This document shows positions 27,301 through 41,200 of a stretch of 64,000 bases of DNA, piece after piece; the stretch's first letter is position 1, and each line of letters begins with the position of its first letter. The notes under the pieces are model-generated. The model searched no databases, was not told the origin of the DNA, and saw only the letters and a program-made list of their open reading frames with translations. The position numbers and the translations under genes are program-made. The stretch is from Trichoplax sp. H2 (lineage: Eukaryota), in the NCBI GenBank assembly GCA_003344405.1, contig NOWV01000029.1, positions 124,001-188,000 on the forward strand, given 5' to 3'.

Positions 27301-28425
27301 TGCAGTCACAGTAGTGATTGATGGTCTCTCTCGTGTTAATATTGAATATTTTAATTAAGAGCGAATTTGACATGTGTATTTATGATATAAAACCTCACCA
27401 TTAATACATCGCCACCTCCTAATATTAATGGAATTGCTTCTGCCTGAATATTGGTGGGTAAACTACAGGATGAAAAGGTAAGAAATATTAATGACATTTT
27501 GTTCTGAGGCTGCACTATAGCATGTTATAATTATTGCCATTCGATCTTTTCGATCTCAGTTGGCGAATGGGTTAAAAATAAAAATTAATCATGTGTCTAT
27601 GGATTGGACTACTCGTCTTATATTATGATTGCTATCTTGTACTGTCCAATGTACAGTATAAAGGTAAATCAATAACTCTTGAGGACTTCATTTCTACTGT
27701 GTGTCTTGTTGTTCAACTTTAAACTTCATCATCGAAATTAGGCCGTTTCTGTCTAACCTTTCCTTTTGTCGTGGAGGCCTAGCTGTACAGTATGCTAAGG
27801 CCAGTAATCGAACTTGGCTACACCAGTTGTACAAATTAACGTTTACTTACACAAGGTATACACTATGATTTATGACCCTCATTCGTCACTTGGTAATGTA
27901 TTGTATCTTAAAAACTATGCACATTAGGTATTGCAATCTAATAATACCAGTCAATACCGATAGTATACTTTTAAAAGTGGATTTTTTTCATAGAATTAGT
28001 TACTACTATCGCCTAGAATACAAATCAAGGTGATGAACCATAACTTGAGCAACCTTGGTTTTCATTCATTTAAAAATTCTATTTTTTGCTTACATCCAAT
28101 CCATTTCTTCAATTGCTTCCACAATTTCTGGCATAACCCCGAGTTCTATGTAGGATCGAAAGGGGGACATAAGGTCAAGATTAGAATGATGGTTAGATGA
28201 AGATGAACATCGAACTGGTTTGCAATGCAATTTTATTGACTATATTTCAGTGTCTCGTATGACAGCTAACGACAGCGCAAGATGATGCACTGGCAGTGAG
28301 TGGATATCGCTTTGAGCAATATTCTAGTCTCTCTTACACTTTCACGACTCTATTCTACATTCAGTTCAATGGTCCTATGGCCCATGGAAGAACTGATTAA
28401 CATAATTACCTGCAAATGCGGTCAT
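21304..28425 (-). CDS. DDX1: ATP-dependent RNA helicase DDX1 (DEAD-box family with SPRY insertion); many exons
   Basis: [131 protein letters not shown]-terminal [16 protein letters not shown]..stop at 21304. Confidence 0.96.
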
Positions 28426-28527
28426 AGCTAATTTTTTTCGATTTTTCACTGGCTTTGTGAGCAGAAGGAGCTTGCAATTTCACTGCAATGTAATGCTTGG
28501 AGCAATGAAAGGAGGTGAAAGTGAACT

Positions 28528-28535
28528 CTTCCGGT
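28528..28535. promoter_or_regulatory. Candidate ETS-family site (CTTCCGGT) in the DDX1 proximal promoter
   Basis: ACCGGAAG core about 100 bp upstream of the DDX1 ATG in an AT-rich background; short motif, unvalidated. Confidence 0.3.
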
Positions 28536-28704
28536 TTGGCCTATAGTACATGTAGTACAGTACGTACAGCAGTGCCACGACGGTCCTCTGCATTTGACCT
28601 GTCGCCCTGTACGTACGTACAGTACAAGTGTAGTGAGCAATGAAAACGCCAATGTCTGTCTGTAGTCGAACAGTGAGCTTAATCATACTGGTACAAGACG
28701 TTCA

Positions 28705-29852
28705 GGCATTGGATGATGACTAGCGTAGGAGTATAGCAAAGCAAACCAAGCCATTTTAGAATCAATTCTCACTTGTTAATGTTGAGTAAAGTACACTTTG
28801 CTGAAACTTTTTTTAGCGGTGTGTGATATAAAAAGCATCAGTACAGCAATTTCAGCCAAGTATACTAAGAACTTCTTGCAAAATGACGATGTCTAGTGCA
28901 GACATTAAGACTGCTGTGATTTACTTGACTACAGTACAGGCATTGGAGGATGACTAGTGTACTACATGTAGGAGTATAGCAAAGCAAACCAAGCCATTTT
29001 AGAACCAATTCTCACTTGTTAATGTTGAGTAAAGTACACTTTGCTGAAAATTTTTTAGCGGTGTGTGATATAAAAAGCATCAGTACAGCAATTTCAGCCA
29101 AGTATACTAAGAACTTCTTGCAAAATGACGAGGTCTAGTGCAGCCATTAAAGACTGGCGTGATTTACTTGACTACAGTACAGTACAGTGTACAGTCCATC
29201 AAAGTTACAAACTACAGTACAGTGTACTGTACACTACAGTGCAGTATGGACTACTGTACAGTACAATGTACATCCAGTAATACAGACAGACAGATTAACT
29301 TGACTACAGTACAGTGTACAGTACAGTCCATCAAAGTTATAAACTACACTACAGCGCAGTATGGACTACTGTACATCCACTAATACAGACAGACAGTCAT
29401 TGGAATTATGGTACGGTATACNNNNNNNNNNNNNNNNNNNNGGAGTATAGCAAAGCAAACCAAGCCATTTTAGAATCAATTCTCACTTGTTAATGTTGAG
29501 TAAAGTACACTTTGCTGAAACTTTTTTTAGTGGTGTGTGATATAAAAAGCATCAGTACAGCAATTTCAGCCAAGTATACTAAGAACTTCTTGCAAAATGA
29601 CGAGGTCTAGTGCAGCCATTAAAGACTGCTGTACAGTGTACAGTCCATCAAAGTTACAAACTACAGTACACTACAGTGCAGTATGGACTACTGTACACTG
29701 TACATCCAGTAATACAGACAGACAGATTAACTTGACTACAGTACAGTGTACAGTACAGTCCATCAAAGTTATAAACTACACTACGGTGCAGTATGGACTA
29801 CTGTACATCCACTAATACAGACAGACAGTCATTGGAATTATGGTACGGTATA
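28705..29852. repeat. Tandemly repeated promoter block (three copies of a ~190-240-bp unit); 28971-29421 duplicated as 29442-29852 across a 20-N gap
   Basis: ggagtatagcaaagcaaaccaagccattttagaa...cttcttgcaaaatgacga at approx. 28728, 28971 and 29442; duplication boundaries coincide with gap 29422-29441; TACAG-rich subrepeats. Confidence 0.9.
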
Positions 29853-30069
29853 CAGTTTAATCAGTAGTATACTGTAGGGACAGTTCAATACTATACAGAC
29901 AGATGGACTCTGGTGGTCTGTAACCTGACACGCCTTACCAGTTCAGTCACTGCTTACGGTCAAACAACACAAGCAACACCAACTGCAGGGACGACGTTCT
30001 TCACAGGAAGGAAGAAAGCCCAGTGAAAATTGAAAAATTGAAACCCATTCTCAATGACCATCTTGGATC

Positions 30070-33000
30070 ATGGCAGATCGGATGAGAGGATTACCCCCTA
30101 AAGTAACCGGTATATCGCCTAAAGATGGCATACCTGGTACACTATTAACCATACGCGGAGAAAATTTAGGTCTTAATGCTCAAGACTTAATTCGTAAGTG
30201 TACAATAAATAATTGGCTATCGACTATCTTGCATTTTCTTGTCGTTTGTATGAGTTCTCTGTTTCTTCCTGTGTATGTTTCACTCACTCTCTTCCTTCAA
30301 TCGATTTAATACAGTAGAATTAATTTCTGTGAAAATTTTCCCGTAGTATGTCAATGTTTAATACATTGTATGCATCAATACTGTAAAAAAAGGATGGAGT
30401 TCCTTGATAGGGCTAGGGGGAAGAAATAAAAAAATGCAATTAGCAGAATTTCATTTTATCATTGCAATCCTATATCTATTATGGTATACTGTACTTTTGA
30501 CCATAGCATATCGCGCTGAAATATAGCACAGTTCCATTTTCAGCATAGTCGAGTGCAAGTGATAAATTCTGTAGAGCACTGACTTCAATTTTGAGGTGGA
30601 CGTAATGATCTACTCATAGTCTCGTAGGTAAACAAGTGTTCTGTAGATGGGCGGCAAGTTTTGATTACAACTCATACAGTACAAAGTAAACTGGACAGAA
30701 TTGGAAAAGATATTTTTCCTGCTAGCTAACATGGGTAATACAGCAGTTCTTTTGAACATAGGTTATGAGCGACAGTCGTTTTGTAGGTAAAATACAGAAT
30801 ACGGAAATGAATGCAATGTTGGCATGGGAATAGCCAAAAATTATTGAAGAAATATTAATGGACTTTTTCTTCAAATATTCATTCCATTTAGCCTTGTTAA
30901 AGTAGACGTGCATAGCTCTAGTCATCATCTAGCTTGTACTAAAGTACTATTCGGACGCCAATCAATCTACACGTTATACAGTACTGTGGTATTTAGCGCG
31001 AACAGTATTGGATTAGACAGCATTGCATGTTCCAAATTTCACTTAATCTTACAAAGCTGCTAGTTCTTAGCTCAAATTACAATACCGTAGTACACGCATA
31101 ACACGAGCAGCTTAGTGGAGTGTGTAACGTTAAGTAAACTCAATACGTTATACATATAGCATTGCTCTTTCAGCAGACAATTCAATAAAGTCATATATAC
31201 AGTATATATATATGGGTATATCTTAAAATGTATAATTCATTATACTCGTACTTGGTAGTACTGCTGATAACTTAATGGATTCAATACAGCTTGACGAATT
31301 ACAATCATAACACCTTTACTAGATTCGATTAATATTGCAATTCGCGGTTAGGTTCAATAACTTGAAAACGTGATGCATGGCTAATTCACTTAATTTAGAT
31401 TTTGAGATGTCTTTGATAGATCTACTTTACCTGAAGCATATTTGATGCTTTCATTGACACCATTTTGTTTACAGGCTAAACTGCAATTCTTCGATGCACT
31501 GTAATTTATGTGAGAAGTTTAAAAATTTGTTGATTATAATTTATTATCACAAGGATATCATTGATTAATGAATTAATTATCAACGACGGTATACACCTCT
31601 TGGACGTAAACAATAAGACACGCATAAAATATTCTATCCTTCTTGAACCTTAGTGATATACCGAATACTAATAAATTGATCAACTGTGAAATTATTTTTC
31701 TATAGATGTCATGGTATGTGGATTTGATTGTATTTTAAATGCTACCTATATGTCACAAAGCAAGATTGTGTGTAAAACTGGCTTTGGCTTGGGAAATGGC
31801 GAGGTTATTGTCACTACCAAATCGGGTGGAGAAGGCACATGCACCGTTACCTTCCTTGCATATGCTCCTGACCGTATAGGTAGATGCTACTGTGTTCATT
31901 AGTTATATTTTGCGTATACTAACTATTCTAGTAGATTTGAAATAATCAAATTATCTTTGTAAATACTGTCTTTAAAATAGGAGGCGACGCTTTCCTTCTC
32001 CAAGCTGTACATGTAATTGAATTTATTCTTCGTATCTATTAGATCCTATGACTCCATTTCCTATGTGGATCCCAGAAGATACAAGTGACGATGAAATTGC
32101 TACTACTGGTGTTAAAAGGAAGCCGATTGCTTTTAATGATCCTTTAGGACTGCCTGTTGCAGCTGAATCGGAGTATGGATTGCCATCCTATCGACTTAGA
32201 TTAATTTTATACTAAAATTAGAAGAATTTTTAGCGTAACTGAATTTATTTTTTAACTTTTTCTCAATTTAAGTATTCCTAAAGACGAATTAGAAGCCTAT
32301 TATTCAAGCTGTACGTAGATTTAATTCATAATAATGTTACTCTAATATATTAAAATTAATGGATAGGCTCATTTAACTTAATTAGAATTATCGTAGTGCT
32401 GAAAAATTTCTGTAATCGAAATAGCTAATGATAAGGGTAATCTCAATATGAATAGAAAGACCCACAATTTTCCATCAAGATGATGTTCTTTATCTGTTTT
32501 CATCTTATTTGCAGGTGATTCGGAAATATCGAGCGAAAAATTTCATCCTATTCGATTTTTATTAGAGAAACATTGTAATGCTACATTTGACGATCTTAAG
32601 ATGGGTTTGCAACATCTTAAGGAAAAAGTACGCTCTTTATCTAGCGGACCTCAAACATTTCTTAAACGTAATATTACTAATTTCTTGGCCGCATATGAGA
32701 CGCTAACTAGTATCCTTAATCATATCTGATGCAGTTTGCATATTTAAGCTATTTTCTTCTCTAACTTCGCTATAAATTAAGTATGCCATGAATATGTTAG
32801 CTTATTCATTTTATAATACTACGGTTAACAAAAAGAACGTCTCTACTGGCTATTTTTAATTAACAAACCTCGTTAAGATGTGTATCGAGAAGCAGCTAAA
32901 AATGATACTTGGGATCATGGATTGCCTACTGGTAAATTAGAAGTATCAGTTAGAGGTAATCTTGCGATGATACCGTCTGCACTTTTAAGTCTATTTTTCA

Positions 33001-36000
33001 AATTTACGTAATATCTACTATGTAGCTATCAAATACTGCCATTATTGCAGTACCTAATGTTCACTTCTTTGTCATTTTTGTTTTGGTATATATCGTATCG
33101 CTATTAGAATCTTCGACTTTAGGCATTAACCTTTTTGATGAAACGTTACGTAGAAAGGACAAAGCCGACTCGATTAGAAATGCTCTTGGAGTACTTCAAC
33201 GTTTTCGCTTTCTCTTTAACCTTCCTAGCAACATTGAGCGTAATGTAAAAAATGTAAGATGATGATACAGGGAATCATTACAAATGTAGTGTTTATAGTT
33301 TAGTTTATGACATGTAGGATCAAAGGCAAGCTCAATGTTTAGCATAGCTTTTAACAACTCTTATAGGGAGAATTTGAATTAATTATCAACGATTATGATA
33401 GAGTAAGATCTTTATTTGCAAATACTGAAGTTCAGGTTTTTAAAAAAGGTAAGCCATTGCTATCTGTATATCATATACACAGTATGTATAAATTATCAGT
33501 TACGTATAATATTTACACGTAATACCTGCTTGAAACGTTCTTATATATAGTATTAAATGAAGTCGAGTTACAAATCGATAGAGTAAGATCTATTTTGAAG
33601 CAGCGGCTGAATAAGCATATGGCACCACTAGAGGAGCAAAAACGTATTATTAGGTAAAAAATTAAATATTTTAAACTGTAATTTATCTTAATGTCCTAAT
33701 GTAGATATTTAGATATCCACTTAATATTATTTTTTAGGTTAAGACTTAACTCACGGTAGCTAACTATCTAATTTAAATCAATAGATATTTGGTAGAACTC
33801 GATACTGTTGGTGATCCTGCTTGGGAATGCATTGTGAACAAACAAAAATGGATAATAGATTTATTTATGAGTTGCAAAGAAGACTACCTGCGTAAAGGTA
33901 AAATACATAAATGAATTTTCCTGCATGTGCTTAGTTCGATAAAGTAAATTTTTTGAATTAATAATTCCAGATGAAGAACTGGTGAATTCCAATATCGATT
34001 TACCAACGCCAAAAAGAAAAATTTCGATATTAAATGTTGTTCCGCATGTTGGTTAGTGTTCTTAACTAAACTTTTTAACTTTTCTATGTATTATATAATT
34101 TAACAAAGTAATTGATAATATTTTACGTGCAGATATTACGAAGAAACCAGAATCTAGTAGTTCTACGCATTCAGGTATTCAAATCAAAAATTTTGTGTAT
34201 TTGATTGTTGATGAGCCTTGTTATATTTTGAGTATATTTGAATCGATCTTACAAAATTTTAGAATGGAATAGCGGCGATAAAACTGATGGTAGCAACAGA
34301 TCTTCCATTGAAATAGATGATGATGTACCGAGATTGCAGTTTATGGAAGAAATGTGTGATTTACTGGCGGAGAATTTACCTTCTCTTTGGAAACTTGGCA
34401 AGCTACATATGGATGGTGCTTTTGCCGCTGGGCAGGTATTTTATCTCTATATGTTTCTAAAAAGCTTTTAAAATTGCCTTGTATTTATTGTTGAATTTGA
34501 TATTTCAAAGGCACAAGATCAAAACTATGTAGATAATAATGCAACACATCAAGAAAAGCCATTTTCTGTATGTTTATTGTAATATGGATTAGAAAGCTCG
34601 CTACCGTATCAGTTTTCTTCTCGGCTTATTAGTTTCGTATATCTCGTGAATAAATTATACTGTATGATATTTGTTTCTAATTTAAACGATTATAAATTTG
34701 AACTTTTAATCGGATAGGTTGTCGTAGGGGAACTGATCAGGCTATTTTCTAATCTGGTGAAGGCTTGCTTCCTTCCTGCTACGTTAGTAGATATGAATTC
34801 ATCACAGAGGTCATATCTTGGCATATGGGCTTCTTTAAAAAAGCAAAATGTAGCTAATGAGGCTAAAATTCTGCAACGTTGCATCGCAGCTCTCAGGTTT
34901 ATGCGATATCTTTTATAACAGTGCTCTATTTACCATTTCAAATGCAAAGGAGATGATAAGATACTGTACATTATGCTCTTAGATCTTGCCTATTCCGTCT
35001 TGCTCCTCTTGATATCCCTCTTTCGGTAACTGGATGCCTCCAAGACTTATGTAATGAGATAAAATATCGATGTGCAATAACCGCCTGTGAAGCCTCGTTA
35101 ATAGGTGTAATATATAGAATATCTGATTCTAAACTAATAAAAGTCTTTAAAATTAATACAATAACTGTTCGTTGTAGATATAAGTACTCATGGATATTAC
35201 GATTCCTGGATTTTAAGGAATGAGGGAGATAGATATTTAACTGATGCGGTAAGTTTGTCAGTGGAAGTTTGTTTATCTGACCGCATTTCTCTTGCTTTAG
35301 TTTGTTACGTATAATCCATGACTTTGCTTGCGAAAGTAATTTCAAGTAAGGCGAAAATAACTAACATTTAAGTATCTTTATTTTGTAATAAGCCTCATCG
35401 CTTTGAGTCTACGGTTACGAAGGTGCTGCTGATTCTAAAAGAACATGTTCTTAACATAAAAGTGGGAGAAATAGAGGTAATTACTATTGACATAGGTATG
35501 TTTAACGCTGTAACGGTACGCTATATTTAATTTTCTGACGTATGTTCTCATTTATTTGTACAGAATAAGTCTGTCTCTTTAGACATGCAAAAAGATTTAC
35601 TCACACAGATTTGTAAAATGTTCCTGGTAATGACATTTTAGACTTAATCATTCATTACGCTGATATCTGCATAACTTAAGTATTAATTTTTCTTACTAAT
35701 AGGTATATAATGATCGCTTAAATAAGATTGTAATGGATTTACAACTCGATAAGGAAGATAGTAGCGAGTATGTTATAGATCAATATCCGTATATGGAGAT
35801 TTATATTCGGCTCTTTCTTTCGTATCAGAAAAAATAACGGAAATACTTTATTTAGAGTAATCTGAATGCGATTTTACATAAGTGAAATCTTTTAATGGAT
35901 CTCTAACTGCGCCAATTAATATAGGGGCGATCCTATTACAAAAAAGACTTCAACGCTCGAACATGATTTAGTGGAAGGAGGGCAGTCTTTTAATCAGGTA

Positions 36001-37282
36001 TTTGAGAAATAGATTAGAAATAATCTCGAAAAATTTTTAATATATATTGTGACAAACATATGTGTTTGCTGGATGAGCACTTTGAAGTTATATTTTATTA
36101 AACTAAATGACATCATTTCGTCTTGTTACAGTTTCAACGATTGCTAGTAATTTCAAGCGATTGTTGCTATACAAAGGACCACGTATTAGCACGGGTTATC
36201 AAGATATTACATTCTCAGAATTTTAATACAGCGAATATGCATACTGTAAGGGTTCCTTATATACCTTATGCTACTATAGATGATTTACAGCTCTATGCAG
36301 CTACTGGATGGCTATCGCAACATAATCCAATTATTTCATTATTTATCTAATAAAGGGCATACGACAAGAGTTTGATAGCCTTGAGAAAAGAATCTTTAAA
36401 CTGTACATTAAATATAGAGGAAATCCTGTTGTAGCTGAAATGCAGGATAATATGTATGTGGGGAACTTTAGTTGGGATATTCCACGACCAGTCCAAGGTA
36501 AAAATCAGAGATTTACATCATTTTCTATAACTTTATTTAATGTCGATCTCATGGTAAGTGTAAAATTTTCAGATGTCAGCAATTATGTTAAAGAAACATT
36601 ATTAAGGTTGGTCGAAGTACATGCAGAGGTAAGATTATAAACAATAAAAATTACGGTGATGTATTACACTAAATGCCATTGTTATTATTATTATTACGTA
36701 AAGATCACATCTGTATCTCCACGGTTCGCTGAGAAAATGATGACGAAATTGACCGAACATATATCAAAGCAGATGTCACGACTCCTTAGAGGTGTAAATA
36801 CTTTCAGCGCTGAAGGAAGGTTGCAGGTTATAGTACTTTTTGAAGTTTTTAATTTACTGAACTTTTTCTAAATCTTATCTAAACTAATGATTTCTTAGGC
36901 TCACTGCGATCTCAGTGCGTTTGCTAAAGTTGCTTATGGGCATATCAATGATCGGGCATTGTAAGCAGAGTACAGTAATTAAAATATTCCTATAAATGAT
37001 ACTTTGTATTAATTCATTGCTCAATGATTTCCTTTTTATTAGAGCGGAGATCTCAGCAGCTATTAAGTACGTTAATGCTGCTCAAGCCATTACAAGGTTT
37101 GTAAAATACTGTAATTTTGTTTACAATTTTGACTGAAAAATTTGAAAATTGTATTGTCATCTAACTTTTAACCCTAACTATAATATTTTTTTAGCGAATC
37201 GGAAGCTATAGTGGCAAAATTTCTGAAATATTCCGAATTTCAATTTTACTGCTTTCAAATACAGCAGGTTTCTAGTTTATAA
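30070..37282 (+). CDS. EXOC2: Exocyst complex component 2 (Sec5) with N-terminal IPT/Ral-binding domain; many exons
   Basis: [115 protein letters not shown]; terminal FQFYCFQ..stop at 37282. Confidence 0.96.
32710..32877 (+). other. Candidate U12-type (minor spliceosome) GT-AG intron in EXOC2
   Basis: Donor |GTATCCTTAAT; TTTTTAATTAAC branch-like element just upstream of an AAG acceptor with no polypyrimidine tract; splicing keeps frame (..YETLT-N-VYREAA..). Confidence 0.75.
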
Positions 37283-38207
37283 GGTGCTCTAGAAAATTGT
37301 CTTAGTCGTGTGTATATTTGGATATAGATATTAGATAAAATTTTTGTATCTCGACGTGTTGCATTTTATATAGAAATTTTGATGACTACAAGCACTGGAT
37401 ATATATTTTTGTCCAAATGTTACAATCGGCACTGTAAACAATTTGAATGATATCTATTTTTATTGTATAGTTACAACTGGAGGATTTTAGTGTTGTTAAT
37501 ATTGCTCTAAAGAATAAATCGTCATTTACCGTTTTACCCAGCTGGTTAATCTATGTAAAAATAGATAACAAAAATTACTACTTATCTATATAAGCAATAT
37601 TCGAATTCACCTAAATATATCGATGGCCTTGGATAATTACAATTAAATCGAAGGACTATAAAGTTCGTTACTATAAGATGCAAGTTAGTATATTTGGAGT
37701 ACAAATATTTTAATAAAGAGTGTCAGGCTGTGTACGCGTATAATAGGGGGAATATTTATAGTGAGGTATTAACCACAAGCAATTTTGATTTTATATTTCT
37801 AAACGATATATAATAATTTCCATCGATAAATCTTCAAATATACCAATTTTATTGTTTATCATTATTCCAAGGTGATGTTAATTTCAGTGTCACCTCATAC
37901 AGAATATCATTCTGGGCGTATAAATTAGCCTTACATATTTTACAATGTACTGTAATTTTAAAAAATTTACGGTAATTCTTGAACTTAAAAAATAATAAAG
38001 TATAACTATTACACAGAAATGTTAAAAAGTAGATCTACAATGCTATCATGCTAAGAATACTTAGCTTTGAAATAATTCTATTGCAAAGTTTGCTTTATGA
38101 GATTGTGGGAAATCTTTATAGTTCTGTATTGCTATCGATCGTCCTAAACTTCGATTCCTCAAGCACTATATATCATAATTTTAGATGATATCGTAAATAA
38201 TTATCGA

Positions 38208-41200
38208 TCAACATGAATCTCCACATCTATGCTGCTTGTAAGATATTTTGAGACCTTCACGATCTATTGTACCACGATGTACGGTAACATTTTCAGTGCC
38301 CTACAACATCATTTGAATATACCTTCGTTATATTCCGTATGTAATTTACGTTTCGAAGGTCACTTTAAAAAAAAATCTTTTATGATAATCGTTTCTACCT
38401 TTATTTTTGAAATTATAGCGTTTACTTCTCTTATTGAATTTCCTTCCTTTGTAATGAGATACATAAACCCTCCTCCGCCAGCTCCTGCTAAAGATTGTCC
38501 TACATAAAAGCATTTCATTAATGTTAATAAGATGAAGTGATAATACATCCAGTGCTTGATAGTAATTAGTAATGTTTTATATTTTCTCTAATTGTTCATT
38601 TAGTTACAACTAATGATTATATCCATCTATTACATGTGAGACATATGCTCAAATATGAATTATACCATATGAATGTGGCTTCAAAGCCGTCATAATTTCA
38701 GTTACCAAAGCCGGTTCGCATCCTGTTATATGGTAAAATAGTAGCAGTAAACACTTTGTCTTAGTCTATCATAATACGTTGATGTAAAATTTATCAGTTC
38801 ATTTGTACAATAACTACAACCAAAGTAAAATATAATTTACAGCATTTACCTGGAGCCATCTTTTTTTTCTGATGCCAGTATTCATTGAGACAATTTCCAA
38901 CTAATTCCAAATTACCTTACAAAAAAATATTAGCGCTTTAGTTGATAATTAAAAATTCATATCGAAAAAGCAACGCTATTATAGTAAAATTACCATCAAT
39001 AAAGGCTTTAGCAGATTTCTCTGCATTACTAGTTAAATTATGAACATTTGGAAGGATTTCTGGTAGCTTACTGTACCATCCTCGCAATACGTCCTAGTAA
39101 AGTGAAATAAATTCTTCACAATTATAAAGAAAAATCGTACATAAACCGTAAATTGAATTGGTGATAATTACAATTAAATATGAATTTGAGCGTATTATTA
39201 AGAACCTGCAAAAGATTTTTAGCTAAGCGCGTTTTTCCTGTGTATATTAGCAAAAGTCGCTTGTTTAACTCTGTAATAAAGCTTTCTTTTGTATCTACAA
39301 ACGAAACGATTAATTATAAATGTATACAATTTAAAATATTATCATTTCATTTAATTAGTAAATAATGCAACGTATTTTAAAATACTATATTTGGATGCTG
39401 TATAAAAATAATAAAATTTACGATGATAGCTTACGGATAGGAATTGAAGCTTATACAAACTATCTTTATCTTATAACTGATTGGATTTTAGACATTTTTA
39501 CCTAGCTTAGTGATATTAACTTTCAGCGGTAGTTGCGGTGGCGACCGAGAAATCTTGACACCCTCTACTAATCCTAGCAACACATATACAGTACATGGAA
39601 CTTATATTAATTTCAGAACTTTTCTTCTACTACATATTTATATTGGCTTTATTTACAGAAGAATAAATAGCATTAGCGCAAAGAAGTAAAATTGAGTCAT
39701 ATTTTAAGACTTAATTTACTCACCTCCAACCTGATCCTGCCAACCACCTCCAGTCGTAAGCATTTGTTCGAGGTATAAAACCTTTATTAATAGAGATGAC
39801 ACTCAGTAATTAATATCAACGCAATTCTTTCATAATTCATAATATGAATTGAAGAATATTATGATAATAAGCCGTAATATTTTACAATTAAAATACGATT
39901 ATACCGAGTGTACAATTGATTCATTATCACATTTTCTGCCGGAAACAGTGAAAAGACAAGCCATAATGGCTCCGGCTAAAATACTACTCGTTCCTAAGCC
40001 TGTAATAATAACGGGATAATGTTATAAAGCATAAAATATCTCCAAATAATACAGGTTGTGTAAATCTGTAATTCTGTAATAGAGAATTCTACGACTTTAA
40101 TTTAGTGATCTGATAATTAACATTTCTACGCCTAATATTCGTAAAACTCATAATTATTAGAATTTAATTACAACGGTAGTATCTAAGGCAGCTAAGGCCA
40201 TAATATTAAACTTTTACCTGAACCCTGTGGTAAATGGGCCCAAGAGTGAAGCTCAAAACCACCAGAATACTTTTCTAATAGCTGTTGTTTTAAGGGAGTT
40301 GATGAGGCGAAAGAAATGATTTCAGTGCATAAGAAAGCAGCCTTCAATAATGCTCCTAGCATTCAAATAATGAAAGAAGCGATTAATTTAATAGATCTTT
40401 ACGACCATTTAGGGTGATAGCATAAGATTTTAGGGCACTGAAAATTCAGTAATATCAAAATTGATTATGCATAGTATCCTCAATAGTATTAGTTGTTATT
40501 TGTGTTAAGTAATTCGATTAGAATCTTGTCGTACGAATACTTTACCGGCTAAGTGTACATAAAAATTGTTAAACTATTCATTGGTTATCTACCCGGTGCA
40601 TGAGGCTTATTGTAGTCTTCTAGATCTGAGATCTCAGCACAAGTGATAACAGTCTTACTATCACCGATAAGTACCAATTTAATGATTGGGCTAGAAAAAA
40701 TAATAAAAACGACATGATATTTGAGCAAACGATCAGCAAGTAATATTTCAATCTCATCACGAATCTATTGTAAATTTTACTCTCTTATTCTTCGTGCTTT
40801 AGCTCCAATAGGTCTCTATGATGTTGTTATAAAAAATTAACGGATTGAATATTCTACGTAGCATTCAAGATAGCGATATTCGTAGAATATTAACGACAAT
40901 TGCGGTTGGTAACCTTATCGTCGATAGTAACAGCAGCATTTACAACTGCACCACCATGCTCATACGTTATAGGTGGTGTATCACTCCAGCCTCCTGCGAG
41001 ATCTATGCGAGCTAATATTATGCATTAAGATAGTCAATTGTGACAGCCTAGTCAAGTCAATACCTCGAGACTGGAATATGTTGTATCTAATTTTATATCT
41101 ATAAAGTATAAGGTATAGCATTCATACCGCCACTACTAGCTACGACCCAGATTTCGCTCAGTGGTGGTAGTTCTTGTGGTGTTGTAGTAACAAACTGTGA

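Noticed and set aside
34971..35345. 124-aa minus-strand ORF and similar antisense ORFs (4736-4921, 38229-38507, 41741-41926, 45106-45417, 45785-46021, 60001-60204)
   Set aside because: Shadows of real exons on the opposite strand.
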